This document shows positions 24,901 through 35,035 of a stretch of DNA of 64,000 nucleotides, piece by piece (position 1 is the first letter of the stretch; each line of letters begins with the position of its first letter). The DNA is from Fimbriosthenelais zetlandica. Lineage: Eukaryota. The notes beneath the pieces are model-generated. The model was given only the letters and a program-made list of their open reading frames with translations. It searched no databases and was not told the DNA's origin. The DNA is taken from contig OZ365119.1 in NCBI GenBank assembly GCA_977030845.1, positions 12,214,001 to 12,278,000 of the forward strand, written 5' to 3'. The translations under genes were made by a program, and so were the position numbers.

Positions 24901-27692
24901 AATAAGTATGGTATGGGAGCTGGCCTACCTGGCTCTATAATAAGTATGGTATGGGAGCTGGCCTACCTGGCTCTATAATAAGTATGGTATGGGGGCTGGC
25001 CTACCTGGCTCTATAATAAGTATGGTATGGGGGCTGGCCTACCTGGCTCTATAATAAGTATGGTATGGGAGCTGGCCTACCTGGCTGTATAATAAGTATG
25101 GTATGGGAGCTGGCCTACCTGGCTCTATAATAAGTATGGTATAGGAGCTGGCCTACCTGGCTCTATAATAAGTATGGTATGGGAGCTGGCCTACCTGGCT
25201 CTATAATAAGTATGGTATGGGAGCTGGCCTACCTGGCTGTATAATAAGTATGGTATGGGAGCTGGCCTACCTGGCTCTATAATAAGTATGGTATGGGAGC
25301 TGGCCTACCTGGCTCTATAATAAGTATGGTATGGGAGCTGGCCTACCTGGCTCTATAATAAGTATGGTATGGGAGCTGGCCTACCTGGCTCTATAATAAG
25401 TATGATATGGGAGCTGGCCTACCTGGCTGTAGTGCACATTGAGGCCGGTAGACGTCTCTCACCTCCACCAGTTTGATCCAGTTATAACAATGTGTAGGTG
25501 GCGCTTCTGGTCGACTATACGGTAGAGAGAAGCTGACCATATACTGGACACTATGAAGTGCGAACTTAAAGTTCCGTGCTGACCACCTTGGTTTGACGTA
25601 GTAATCAGGTTCAATGACCCAGGCCTTTAATATAGCCGAGTTAACTGTCACTGTATGCGGGTTCCAGTAGGAGGGCCTGTAAGCTACTTTACGTGGCAGC
25701 CGTATAGTGACCACCTGACGTTCATGTTGACCTTGTGACCTCGCTTTACACGTCCACGTACGTGAGAAGACGCTGACGTCACGTTGATATGACGTCCACA
25801 CGTTGATCTGTACGCCTATCTGTCTGTGAGTGGAGCAGGCGTACTGGATGTTGAGGGGGTACCCATCCTGGATGGTGGAAGGGGGGTTAGCTATTTGTAT
25901 AAAGCCGGACTCATGAGGCAGCTCTTCTGGCATGAGAGACAGAGACATGGCCTCCCGGGGGCGCCCTCCCCCCGCCCCACCAGGTGGCAGCAGGTTATCA
26001 TGGGCTAAAGTCTGATGGAGAATCGTACGTTCATCCTGCAATATGGAAATAAAAAAGAACAAAAATTACTAACATTATAATACAGAAATGTCACCTTGAA
26101 TACTAAAAGTTAGTAGAAATTTATATAATAACTTGCTAAAACTTTGGAGTATCGGATTTTCTTTTCATTCTTTTTACTGAGTTGATCAAAACACTATTCC
26201 AGCACCCCCACCCCCCCCCCCGCCCCCGCCCCCGCTCCTCAGACACACCTGATGACGTGGCTACCAGACGTTATTTATAATTCACCCCCTGCTCTCCTCT
26301 CACCTCTGTGTGTCATCCCTCCATTACTCTCATCTTTTTCATTTTTTTTTTCAGAAAAATTAATTTTTCATAAGTAATTTCCTTGTTGACAAAGATGTCA
26401 TGTTGGAGCATACCAGTCTCTCTTATAAATATACTGCTGAAAGATAAATAAAGACTTAGTAGGAATTCCCTACATGACAGATCCAGGCTTTAGTTATAAA
26501 GGCATGCAGAGTAAAACAATACACATGTCTATAGCTGGTCGGTGCATAATCAGCTAGTTTACCTAACCCGCACTTAACTGTTCTACAATCTACCAGTCGT
26601 CATTATTTGGACGATTTACCACATTTCTATTGCTTTTCAGACAGAATCAGTGAGTGTAGAACAGCAGGCGGCCATATCCATGCCAGAGATGATCAAATAT
26701 TCATCACTTTTCCGCTACATGAAATCTGTGGTTGGCTGCCACACGAGCTACACAGACAGAGAGCCTGGAAACTAGCATCAAGTGTTAGTAAACCCCAAAT
26801 ATCATAAACGGTGGAAAATGGAGAAATGGGACTTTAAATAGGACCGAGGCATTTGATATTGGTCTGGTTGTGTATTGAGAGGCGCAGGCGGGAGGTCGGG
26901 TGGTGGGGGTCACATCTGTAGGAGCATAATTATTAAAATATTGACCCTTTAAAAAGACCACAATACTCAATGACAATGAAGTTTAACAGAAATGACATCT
27001 GCTACATGTATGCCTATAGAAGCTAATACACATGGCCTAATAAAACATCAATGGTGGTTATTTTAAATTGCCACATGGACACGTGGACTAGAGGACATGT
27101 GTTCATATTGGATCTTGTGGAAACATTTATACTGGGTATTGATCAATGTATTACTGATTATAATTCCCAGCTCTAGCTTCCTACCTTTCATTTTTGTCTG
27201 ATCTCCCCAGAAAATAAGTTACCCGGTACAGAGGAAAAGAATGACCCCTGGGGCCCTGTGTAGCCCTAACTGTCCCAAACTTAATCCCTCTGAAATCCAG
27301 TGAAACTGGTTTGAGCGGACATGCCATCCGTAAAAACTAGACGTTCTAAGAAATGACACACTGTGGTGGTAGTGTGCTAGATCCTTCATGGAGGTGTTGT
27401 GTCAGGTGTTCCACTCTTATGAATCAGGTCGATGGCTACGCTTGAATGCCCCCTGGCCCGGGCCGAGCCATCATCCTCCTACCGACCTAACTCCTCCACG
27501 TCCCGCAGGATCCACCGACACTCACCCCGCTCCCTCACACCCCAAACTTGCCCGCCTGCGATCATAGTCAAAGACAGCCCCAATATACATCAAACCTTAG
27601 ATGATGAATGCTCATAGACTCACCTGACTGGCGATACAATATGATAAGATATGTAGGGCGATTAGACGTGGCAGAATGCAGAAGATGGACAT
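15915..27692 (-). CDS. SEL1L3: Protein sel-1 homolog 3 (signal peptide, luminal domain, SEL1-like repeats, C-terminal TM), 21 coding exons, about 1080 aa
   Basis: Phase-consistent GT-AG exons: 27692-27624, 26035-25423, 24185-24059, 23864-23737, 23567-23452, 23332-23274, 23113-22972, 22396-22258, 21898-21696, 21420-21283, 21130-(gap), 20459-20278, 19492-19292, 18625-18443, 18072-17864, 17670-17580, 17489-17399, 17221-17115, 16909-16782, 16335-16233, 16013-15915. Peptides such as VQTEEDGDLFLWF, LMYWGSQGV, AHELGNPDASHNVG, KMGDYHWYG and GYFNLGVLVEEG correspond in order to vertebrate SEL1L3 as I recall it. Confidence 0.92.
16491..16702. mobile_element. MITE family B copy 1 (PIF/Harbinger-like)
   Basis: Long TIRs AGCCGGGACTCCACTGCTGCGA.../...TCGCATCAGTGGAGTCCCGGCT; flanks TAA/TTA; in a SEL1L3 intron; two more copies in the window. 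Confidence 0.85.
17030..17106. repeat. (TGAA)n microsatellite
   Basis: Direct reading; begins a few nt after the SEL1L3 donor at 17114. Confidence 0.97.
17751..17870. repeat. Minisatellite 41 bp x 3 spanning a SEL1L3 donor
   Basis: Unit GTGAGTGTTCTAGTGTAAGAGACTATAACTGACCAGTTTTA; the minus strand of each unit contains AAAACTG|GTCAGT. Confidence 0.93.
18650..19245. repeat. Minisatellite 44 bp x about 13-14
   Basis: Unit TATAACCCTATAATATATAGCCATCCATTCATCATAATACACTA fills most of SEL1L3 intron 18626-19291. Confidence 0.96.
19480..19617. repeat. Minisatellite 36 bp x about 4 spanning a SEL1L3 acceptor
   Basis: Unit GAGCCAGGTCCCGCTGTAAATATAGTAAATGTACAT; acceptor CAG copies at 19495, 19531, 19567 and 19603 (minus strand). 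Confidence 0.95.
19640..20268. repeat. Compound (AGAGAC/ACATAAT) microsatellite
   Basis: Direct reading; source of the spurious SLSLCL-type ORFs. Confidence 0.96.
20661..21023. other. Assembly gap (363 N) inside SEL1L3
   Basis: Run of N truncating the exon that starts at 21130. Confidence 0.99.
24364..25428. repeat. Minisatellite 38 bp x about 28 spanning a SEL1L3 donor
   Basis: Unit TATAATAAGTATGGTATGGGAGCTGGCCTACCTGGCTC; the minus strand of every unit contains AGCCAG|GTAGGC, identical to the real donor at 25423/25422. Confidence 0.97.
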
Positions 27693-27940
27693 GTTGGCAG
27701 CTTACTTTACCCCCATGAATGTTTACCGTACCCTCCCGCCACCTGGCGAGTAAAGCCGGAAGTTTACCTCAAACCGGAAGTGAAGCCACCATGCGGCACT
27801 GCCGTGAACTAAAGTTAAATCTTTGTCGATTCTGACATTAGCTGGTGAATTAAAGCCTCTATTTGGATGAATATAAACGCTACAAGTTAAAGAATCATCA
27901 GAGGAGAAAGGAATACTCGTCATGTATCAGTAGAGACCGG
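27693..27940. promoter_or_regulatory. Probable bidirectional promoter (SEL1L3 / C2H2 gene)
   Basis: Head-to-head genes with start codons about 550 bp apart; two CCGGAAGT ETS sites at 27756 and 27774; plus-strand donor CCG|GTAAGA at about 27939 ending a likely non-coding first exon. Confidence 0.65.
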
Positions 27941-28241
27941 TAAGAGCAAGCATTCTCCTCTCCATCTCGTATTTTGCGGTCATTCAATATGCTATGAGCG
28001 ATAATAGGGGGTTTCTCCATTCAGATTAACCGGGCTTAGAACCCTGGTCCAGTTTTGTTGTGATTCTGCTCAAGATACCGGTCTAATCTTCACTCCTGCC
28101 ACCGTGAATGGGCAGTATATGTCCCCCCTTGTTGTTCACCCTTCTTTTATGAAATTTTAACTCCACACGAGGTCCTACTCAGAGTATTTTTATAGAGCCT
28201 TAGTGATAAATGTGGAATTTCTTTTACAGAATTGTCAGAAG

Positions 28242-31200
28242 ATGTATGACAAAGGGCAGCCTCCTGCTCTACTCGTCCCCCAGATGTCAGCATCAGATGG
28301 TAGTCCCTTACTGCCAGCCTCCATCTACCCCATCAGTGTATCTCCCTTACTGCTCCCCACACCTCCCAATATCAACTCCCTCACTCCCTCTATCCTCTCC
28401 TCCCCCACACCTCCCAGTATCAACTCCCTCACTCCCTCTATCCTCTCCCCCATCTCCCTCCCATCCACCATCTCCCTCTCCTCCCCCATCTCCCTGCCCT
28501 CCCCCATCTCCCTCCCCTCCCCCATCTCCCTGCCCTCCCCCATCTCCCTCCCATCCCCCATCTCCCTGCCCTCCCCCATCTCCCTCCCATCCCCCATCTC
28601 CCTCCCCTCCCCCATCTCCCTCCCCTCCCCCATCTCCCTGCCCTCCACCATCTCCCTCCCCTCCCCCATCTCCCTGCCCTCCCCCATCTCCCTGCCCTCC
28701 CCCATCTCCCTCCCCTCCCCCATCTCCCTCCCCTCCACCATCTCTGTGCCCTCCCCCATCTCCCTCCCCTCCACCATCTCCCTCCCCTCCCCCATCTCCC
28801 TGCCCTCCCCCATCTCCCTCCCCTCTACCATCTCCCTCCCCTCTACCATCTCCCTCCCCTCCCCCATCTCCCTGCCCTCCCCCATCTCCCTGCCCTCCCC
28901 CATCTCCCTGCCCTCCACCTCTACCATCACACATGTACCACAGACAGTGAGGGGAAGTCATTTGACCAGCCTGCTTCACCTACAGGACCCACCACCAACC
29001 ACTCCCTACATGCCCATCAACCTACAACCACAGATCATCAACCTCCCCACCACTCCTAGCATCTTCATCAAGACAGAGCCTGCAGAGATTGTCAACTCAC
29101 TAGATGCCAGCAGCTCTCCCCATACACATGATGGCATTGTTACACATATAAGTGACAATGCTACGAATATCTTTCTCCACGAACAAAAGTTCCAACCTAC
29201 CCCATCTCATAGCACCACTGATCACGTAGTAGAAAGCATTGATCAGACCCCCGACCAGACTCATGACATGGTTACAATAAAACAAGAAGAACCCAGAGAC
29301 TTGTTACTGAACCAGACATTAGTGACCTGCCAAGACATCAATGTCCTAGGTACAATAAAACGACATTCTATAGTCCACAACATGACCGATCATGCTCCGG
29401 CAGATCTAACTGACCCTCACGAGTTGATAGGAAATCTAGAAGTGAAAGAGGAAAATACTGGTGATCAGAACCCAACTGTGTCATCTTCAGTCCCTGACCA
29501 AACGACCCCGCCCCCTCCCCCGCCCCCTCCCCCGCCACCCGACTCTCAGAGTACCCCTATAGAGGACACATCAGCCCTGACCACGCTAGCTATAGTGTGT
29601 GATAATGTCGGCAGTGGTACCGACAGTCAGTATGTGGTGAGAGTCCAGCTCCAGGAACCTTCAACCTCCTCAAAAACCACCAAAAAACACAATAAAAACA
29701 AATCAAAAAATAAAAGTAAGCCTGGGAGGGAGGCGGTGAGGGGGGCGGGGAGGGAGGCGGGGAGGGAGGCGGGGAGGGGGGCGGGGAGGGAGGCGGGGAG
29801 GGGGGCGGGGAGGGGGGCGGGGAGGGGGGTGGGGAGGGGGGTGGTGAGGGGGGCGCCTCCACGGAGGGTGAAGCTGAGTGAGCTGGCCTTGACATCGAGT
29901 GACGAGGAGGTGGATGTATCACGACTTACAGATGAGGAGGAGACGAGCCAGGATAAATCAGAGAGCCAGGATAAATCCCAGAGCCAGGATGAGAGCCAGG
30001 ATATAGCACCAGATGATGACCAACTACACAGTGAGGCACCTCATGATAGACCCCCAGTGAGGCAGAAACAAACTAGCAAAAAACGGAAAGGAAAGAAAGG
30101 CAGAATAAAAGGTTGTCAGGGAGGGATTGATGAGAGGAAGAATGAGAGTGACATTACTGATAATGACAGAGGTGTTAACACTAACGATGGTGAGGACGAG
30201 GGATCAGTGTCGACACAGGCGAAAAAGTCCAAGGTGAACTTTACATGTTGTTAGAAACCATATAAACTATATTAAAATCAAATGTTCCCTCCCAGGAACC
30301 ATATAAACTATATTAAACTAAAATCAAATGTTCCCTCCCAGGTGGGATTTATTTCATTAACTGTTTCTTTCATTTTGTTTACAGAAGAAGAGTAAGATGT
30401 CAGACTTACCTCTACCTATAAGAGGAGGAATCCCACGACGCCTCAAACTCAAATCTAACGCCATCCAGAGGCGTATAAAGAGGCTGCGGACTAAAGGCAA
30501 GCTGGAGGCGGCGTCCTCCGTACCGGGGGCGTGGTCAAGTCTAGATGACATCCTCAACAACCTCAACACAGCCAACGAGTCAGACACAGAGAAAGTTCAG
30601 GTGGGCCTGGAAGAAAACAATTAATAATTAACACGATGAATAACTTAAGTTAAAGTTTAGAAGAGTTAATGGATGTAATAAGAAATAGATTTATGAAAGA
30701 ATGGATGGTGAGAGGAAAACAAACGTGAACTGACATCAATGATTATTGTATTTTATCCAAAGATAATCTTATTAGATTTAGATTATTAGTTTTAGATGTA
30801 AAGTTGATGATTTGTATTATATTTGAGCAGGTGGCGGCGGACATGTCGCCGGCGTCCACCATCCCGTATGGTGAGGACTCTAACGACTCAGTGGACCTGA
30901 CAGGACGCTCCATGTATCAGTGTACTAAATGTATTAAATCATACACGAGTGAGAGGCGACTCAGGCTCCACATAGGTCTGATTCACCAGGACTCAGACAA
31001 GAGTCCTCTGTCGTCTATATTCTCCTGTAAGTACTGTACAAAGGCTTATATCAACCAGAAGCGCCTGGACCTACACGTCCTCCTGGTCCATGAACACAGC
31101 TCCAAATACACCCACCCTGTATCAGTCTCCGCCCTCAAATGTAAAAAACAGGCTGACAGTGGTGCGGTACCGACAGGTGGCGCGGTACCCGGTACCTCCA

Positions 31201-32357
31201 CTACATGTACTCTATGTGGGAAGAAGTACAGTACCCCTGAGCGTCTCAATCTCCATCACAACCTCATCCACAACACGGGTAAAGCCAGCCACTTTACATC
31301 AGGCGGTCACAAGATCAAAGATGAGGTAGAATCAGAAGATGAGGAGGTAGAGGAGCCAGTAGGCGGGAGGATGGAGAGACCACATTATACATGTAGTGGC
31401 TGTCCTCTAGTCTTCACAGATAAACCTCTACATCACGACCACCTCACCATGCACGACAACGAGAAGAAATTCAACCCAAAAAAGATCAACAAGACGACAT
31501 ACATGCAGAGGTACTACCTGGAGCGGGACGCGGACATGGACCGTATAAAGTGTAAAGTGTGCTCAGCTTACTTTATAGATTACCGTAATGGTGGTAATCA
31601 CATGCGCAGTGTACACGGAGTCTACCATAGAGATGATAAACGTCTCATCTGTCGATACTGTGGTAAAATATTCACCAAACAACAATTCTTACAACGCCAC
31701 CTGAACGTGCACATCGGCCTGAGTAACATCACCAACCAGGTGAAGAAGTATCAGTGTAGTGACTGTGATAAGTGGTTTGGTCAGAAGGCGCATCTAGGTC
31801 GACATATCCGACTCAAACACATGGACGCCGACCTGGTGCGGGTGTTTAAATGTGACCTGTGTGACCGCAGCTTTAAGCTCAAGTCACACCTCACCCGACA
31901 TATACGTCTACATAAAGGTGACTTACCCTTTAAATGTACCATCTGTCCTACAGCCTGCGCCGATAGGAACTCGTTACGTAACCACATCCGTGTCCATACG
32001 GGCGAGAGGCCGTACAGCTGTCCTCACTGTGATCACGCCTTCGCCTTAAAGAACAACTTACAGAACCACATTATTAATATACACCCCGATAAACTGGACG
32101 CTAAAACAGTACGGAAACACCAGTGTCTCATCTGTGGTAAGATCTGTCATAAAGGTGGATTAAAACAACACATCAAGAGTCATGACAAGGAGAAGACGGT
32201 ACAGTGTGATCTCTGTCCTCAGATGTTTAAATCACGCGTCCTCAAGATGGTTCACCAGAGAGCCGTGCACGAGTACCATCTCTGGTTCTACTGCCAGGTG
32301 TGCGGCAAGAAATGTAAGAGTCGTAGAGCACTGAATAAACACATGGAAAAACACTGA
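28242..32357 (+). CDS. C2H2 zinc-finger protein, 13 fingers, long low-complexity N-terminus, about 1244 aa
   Basis: Phase-0 exons 28242-30233, 30385-30600 and 30831-32357 with canonical GT-AG; 13 CxxC...HxxxH/HxxxxH motifs in the last exon, including a TGERPY linker. Start ATG is inferred as the first ATG after the acceptor at 28229. Confidence 0.88.
28446..28913 (+). repeat. Coding minisatellite 18 bp x 26 encoding (S[P/T]ISLP)n
   Basis: Unit TCCCCCATCTCCCT(C/G)CCC, in frame within the 2-kb exon. Confidence 0.93.
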
Positions 32358-32367
32358 AATAACCCGC

Positions 32368-32560
32368 AAAATGGTCCAAAACTAGGACTAAATTAGTCAT
32401 GAAAATGGTCCAAAACTATGACTAAATGAGTCATGAAAATGGTCCAAAACTATGACTAAATGAGTCATGAAAATGGTCCAAAACTATGACTAAATTAGTC
32501 ATGAAAATGGTTCAAACTTATGAGTAAATTAGTCATGAAAATGGTTTAAAACTATGACTT
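32368..32560 (+). repeat. Minisatellite 34 bp x about 5.6 in the ZNF 3' UTR
   Basis: Unit AAAATGGTCCAAAACTATGACTAAATTAGTCATG starting 11 nt after the stop codon. Confidence 0.93.
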
Positions 32561-33099
32561 CATTACCCAATTATCAATGCCCAATACTTCAAATGATGAA
32601 AACCGAGTTATAACAAAACCAATTATAAAATATGTCCTGTATCATTGTCGGAAGGTTCTACTAGAAAATTTTTACATTTCATGAAGTGTCATAGCAATTT
32701 TACACGTCTTAAAATCTGTTTACAAAGTTACAACCTGTTTACAATAGATTTAACTTAAAATCCTGAACAATTATTTGATGTCATCACTATAAAGACTTGT
32801 TAAATGATGAGAAGTTATTTAGAATAATATTCGTTAATGGATTTATTAATATTTATTGTCAGTATTTAATATATTTGCAATTGTTCTCAATGTCTTTAGA
32901 ATATATTTCTAAGTAGTTGATTAATATGTATTGTAGTGGATTAATTATCTGTCAGACGTGTCTTATTTGTATATCTTTTTGTAATATTGAGAAAGTGATG
33001 GATATATCTAGTCAAATGAAATAAAGCCGAGGTATATTATCTATATTTATCTGCTTTGTTAATTATTTAACAAATTTAAATACAATATTGAAGTTCAGC

Positions 33100-33430
33100 A
33101 AGTCTAGGCCAGGGGGCAGCACCAGTGGATGAATCAAAGAAGGGAATGGAAAATGAGGGAAGAGAAGGCGAGAATGAGCGAAAAGGAAGCCAATAAATAA
33201 AATAAGTCAATTCACTGAATCTGATATTTCCCTGATATAAAAGTTCATTTTCGACATGGCAGTAATTTTGAATATTAAATATATGGAGTGATCTGTGAGG
33301 CAGGGTGGCACGTCTATCCGCCTACCAGTAGCAGCAGACGACTCCTGTGCTATTTTGGCCCAATAATTCCCGGATCATGACGTCACTACTGGAACGCCAG
33401 CACCGTTCGTTCGTCTGCTCCAACTATAGG
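33100..33430. promoter_or_regulatory. Candidate promoter/boundary region upstream of the J-domain gene
   Basis: CTCF-like GGCCAGGGGGCAGCAC (33107-33122), CRE palindrome TGACGTCA (33378-33385) and a local rise in CpG. Motif match only. Confidence 0.3.
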
Positions 33431-35035
33431 AGGATTTATTGATTCACTCCCCGGCCACAACCTCTGATAGTATAATTCACTACATGATTCCTTATCAAAT
33501 GACAACTTACATTCCCCAACATCTTCACCCGGTCTTTAGATGAGAAAATAAAGGGCACATTTCAAAAATAAATATTTTAATTATTAAAAGAGCAGAAGTT
33601 CAATCTAAATGTGAGATGTAGATAAAATACAAAGGTGTTTAGCATCTTCTACAATAAGTATATTCAGGTTTAACTTCCGAATACAACCACAATCCTCCAG
33701 AGTAGGTTACACCTCATGAGGCAGCCCTCCTCCTCCCCATCCTACCTCCCCCTCCTCCTCCCCATCCTACCTCCCCCTCCCCCTCCCCCGCCATCGTTAG
33801 ACAGTCAGTATAGCCACTGCTCCCATCTCTCTACCTCTCTCTCTCTCCTTCTCCTACCGCCATAGCTTCCAGCGACCAAGGATATCAAGCAGAGGAGGGT
33901 GGGGTAAACCTTTCGCCTGTTAATATCACCCCCTCCCCCTCTACTCACCCTCTCTACATCTTTAGAGGGTGGAATTAAAACAGAGAGAAGAGAGAGGAGG
34001 AAGACAAGCACCACCTCCTAGTGACGGGGGACTCAGATATTCCACCGAGGAAGGAACGTTGTAACGGTTTGGAAGTTAAGTTCAGTGGGATGGAAACCAT
34101 ATACTGAGCACTGGGTGGTGGTGTAGGCCTTAACCTGTCTGGTGTGTGTGTGCTGGGATACCATCCACCCATCTATTCATCCATCCATCCATCCATTTAT
34201 CTATTCATCCATTCATTCATCAACTAACAGAAAGAGTAACAGAGTATCAGTGGATGGTGGGAGCCTGACACACACATTAATAATGTGACTCACTTGTATA
34301 CATACACAAGGTAAACTCACACACACCTACACGTCTACCACTCTGTGGTCGTCAGCTATAACTGCCGCTCAGTGAGAAGTCTATATCACGTCTATATAAC
34401 GTCTATACCCGGGACTGAAACCTCCTCATAGCACGTCCCACCGCCCTGTGTGTGGGTGAACAACTGTCGTCTCTTTCGTTCCATGATCTGGAAATATTTT
34501 CTAGGATGGTTCTGTATATATAAATGGATTAACCACAGGGGATAGACTTTATTTTGTATATACTATATATATATATACTGAACCAGGGATTATATATACT
34601 GAACCAGGGATTCAATATATGTTCATTTGGAATTTACTGAGGTGTGCAGAGCGTCTTATCAACTTGTACTTGCTTAACGATTTGAGATAAGAATTCTAAT
34701 CTCGACCTGGAATCTCGACTTTATAAAGTGCTTGAGATCTGATCGTATCTGTTGGTTTGTATCTCTTCTAATATAACATATTTAACTGCCGAGAATTTGA
34801 ATAGATTGGCTCTGGTCCAAATCACCGAGGAAGGCCTGACTGATCTCCATACATTGATCCCTGTTGTGGGATATAATCCAACATTTTATTGGAGCAAAAC
34901 ATGTCATCAATATATCGCAATATTTCTGCTTTAACTTCTAGTTCATGTTCACTTATGGAAAGTAGAAATTCCTAGTTGGAATTGCGAGATCGTTAAGTGT
35001 GAAATAGTTGGATATAATCCAGATTTGAATTCAAC

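Noticed and set aside
24364-25428. CRISPR-like appearance of the 24-63 bp arrays
   Set aside because: Units are contiguous with no unique spacers, there are no cas genes, and the context is eukaryotic.
28210-28979. Extensin-like (PPSP)n and GEG/GDG-repeat ORFs
   Set aside because: Alternative frames or antisense of the 18-bp coding repeat; only the SPISLP frame continues to the zinc fingers.
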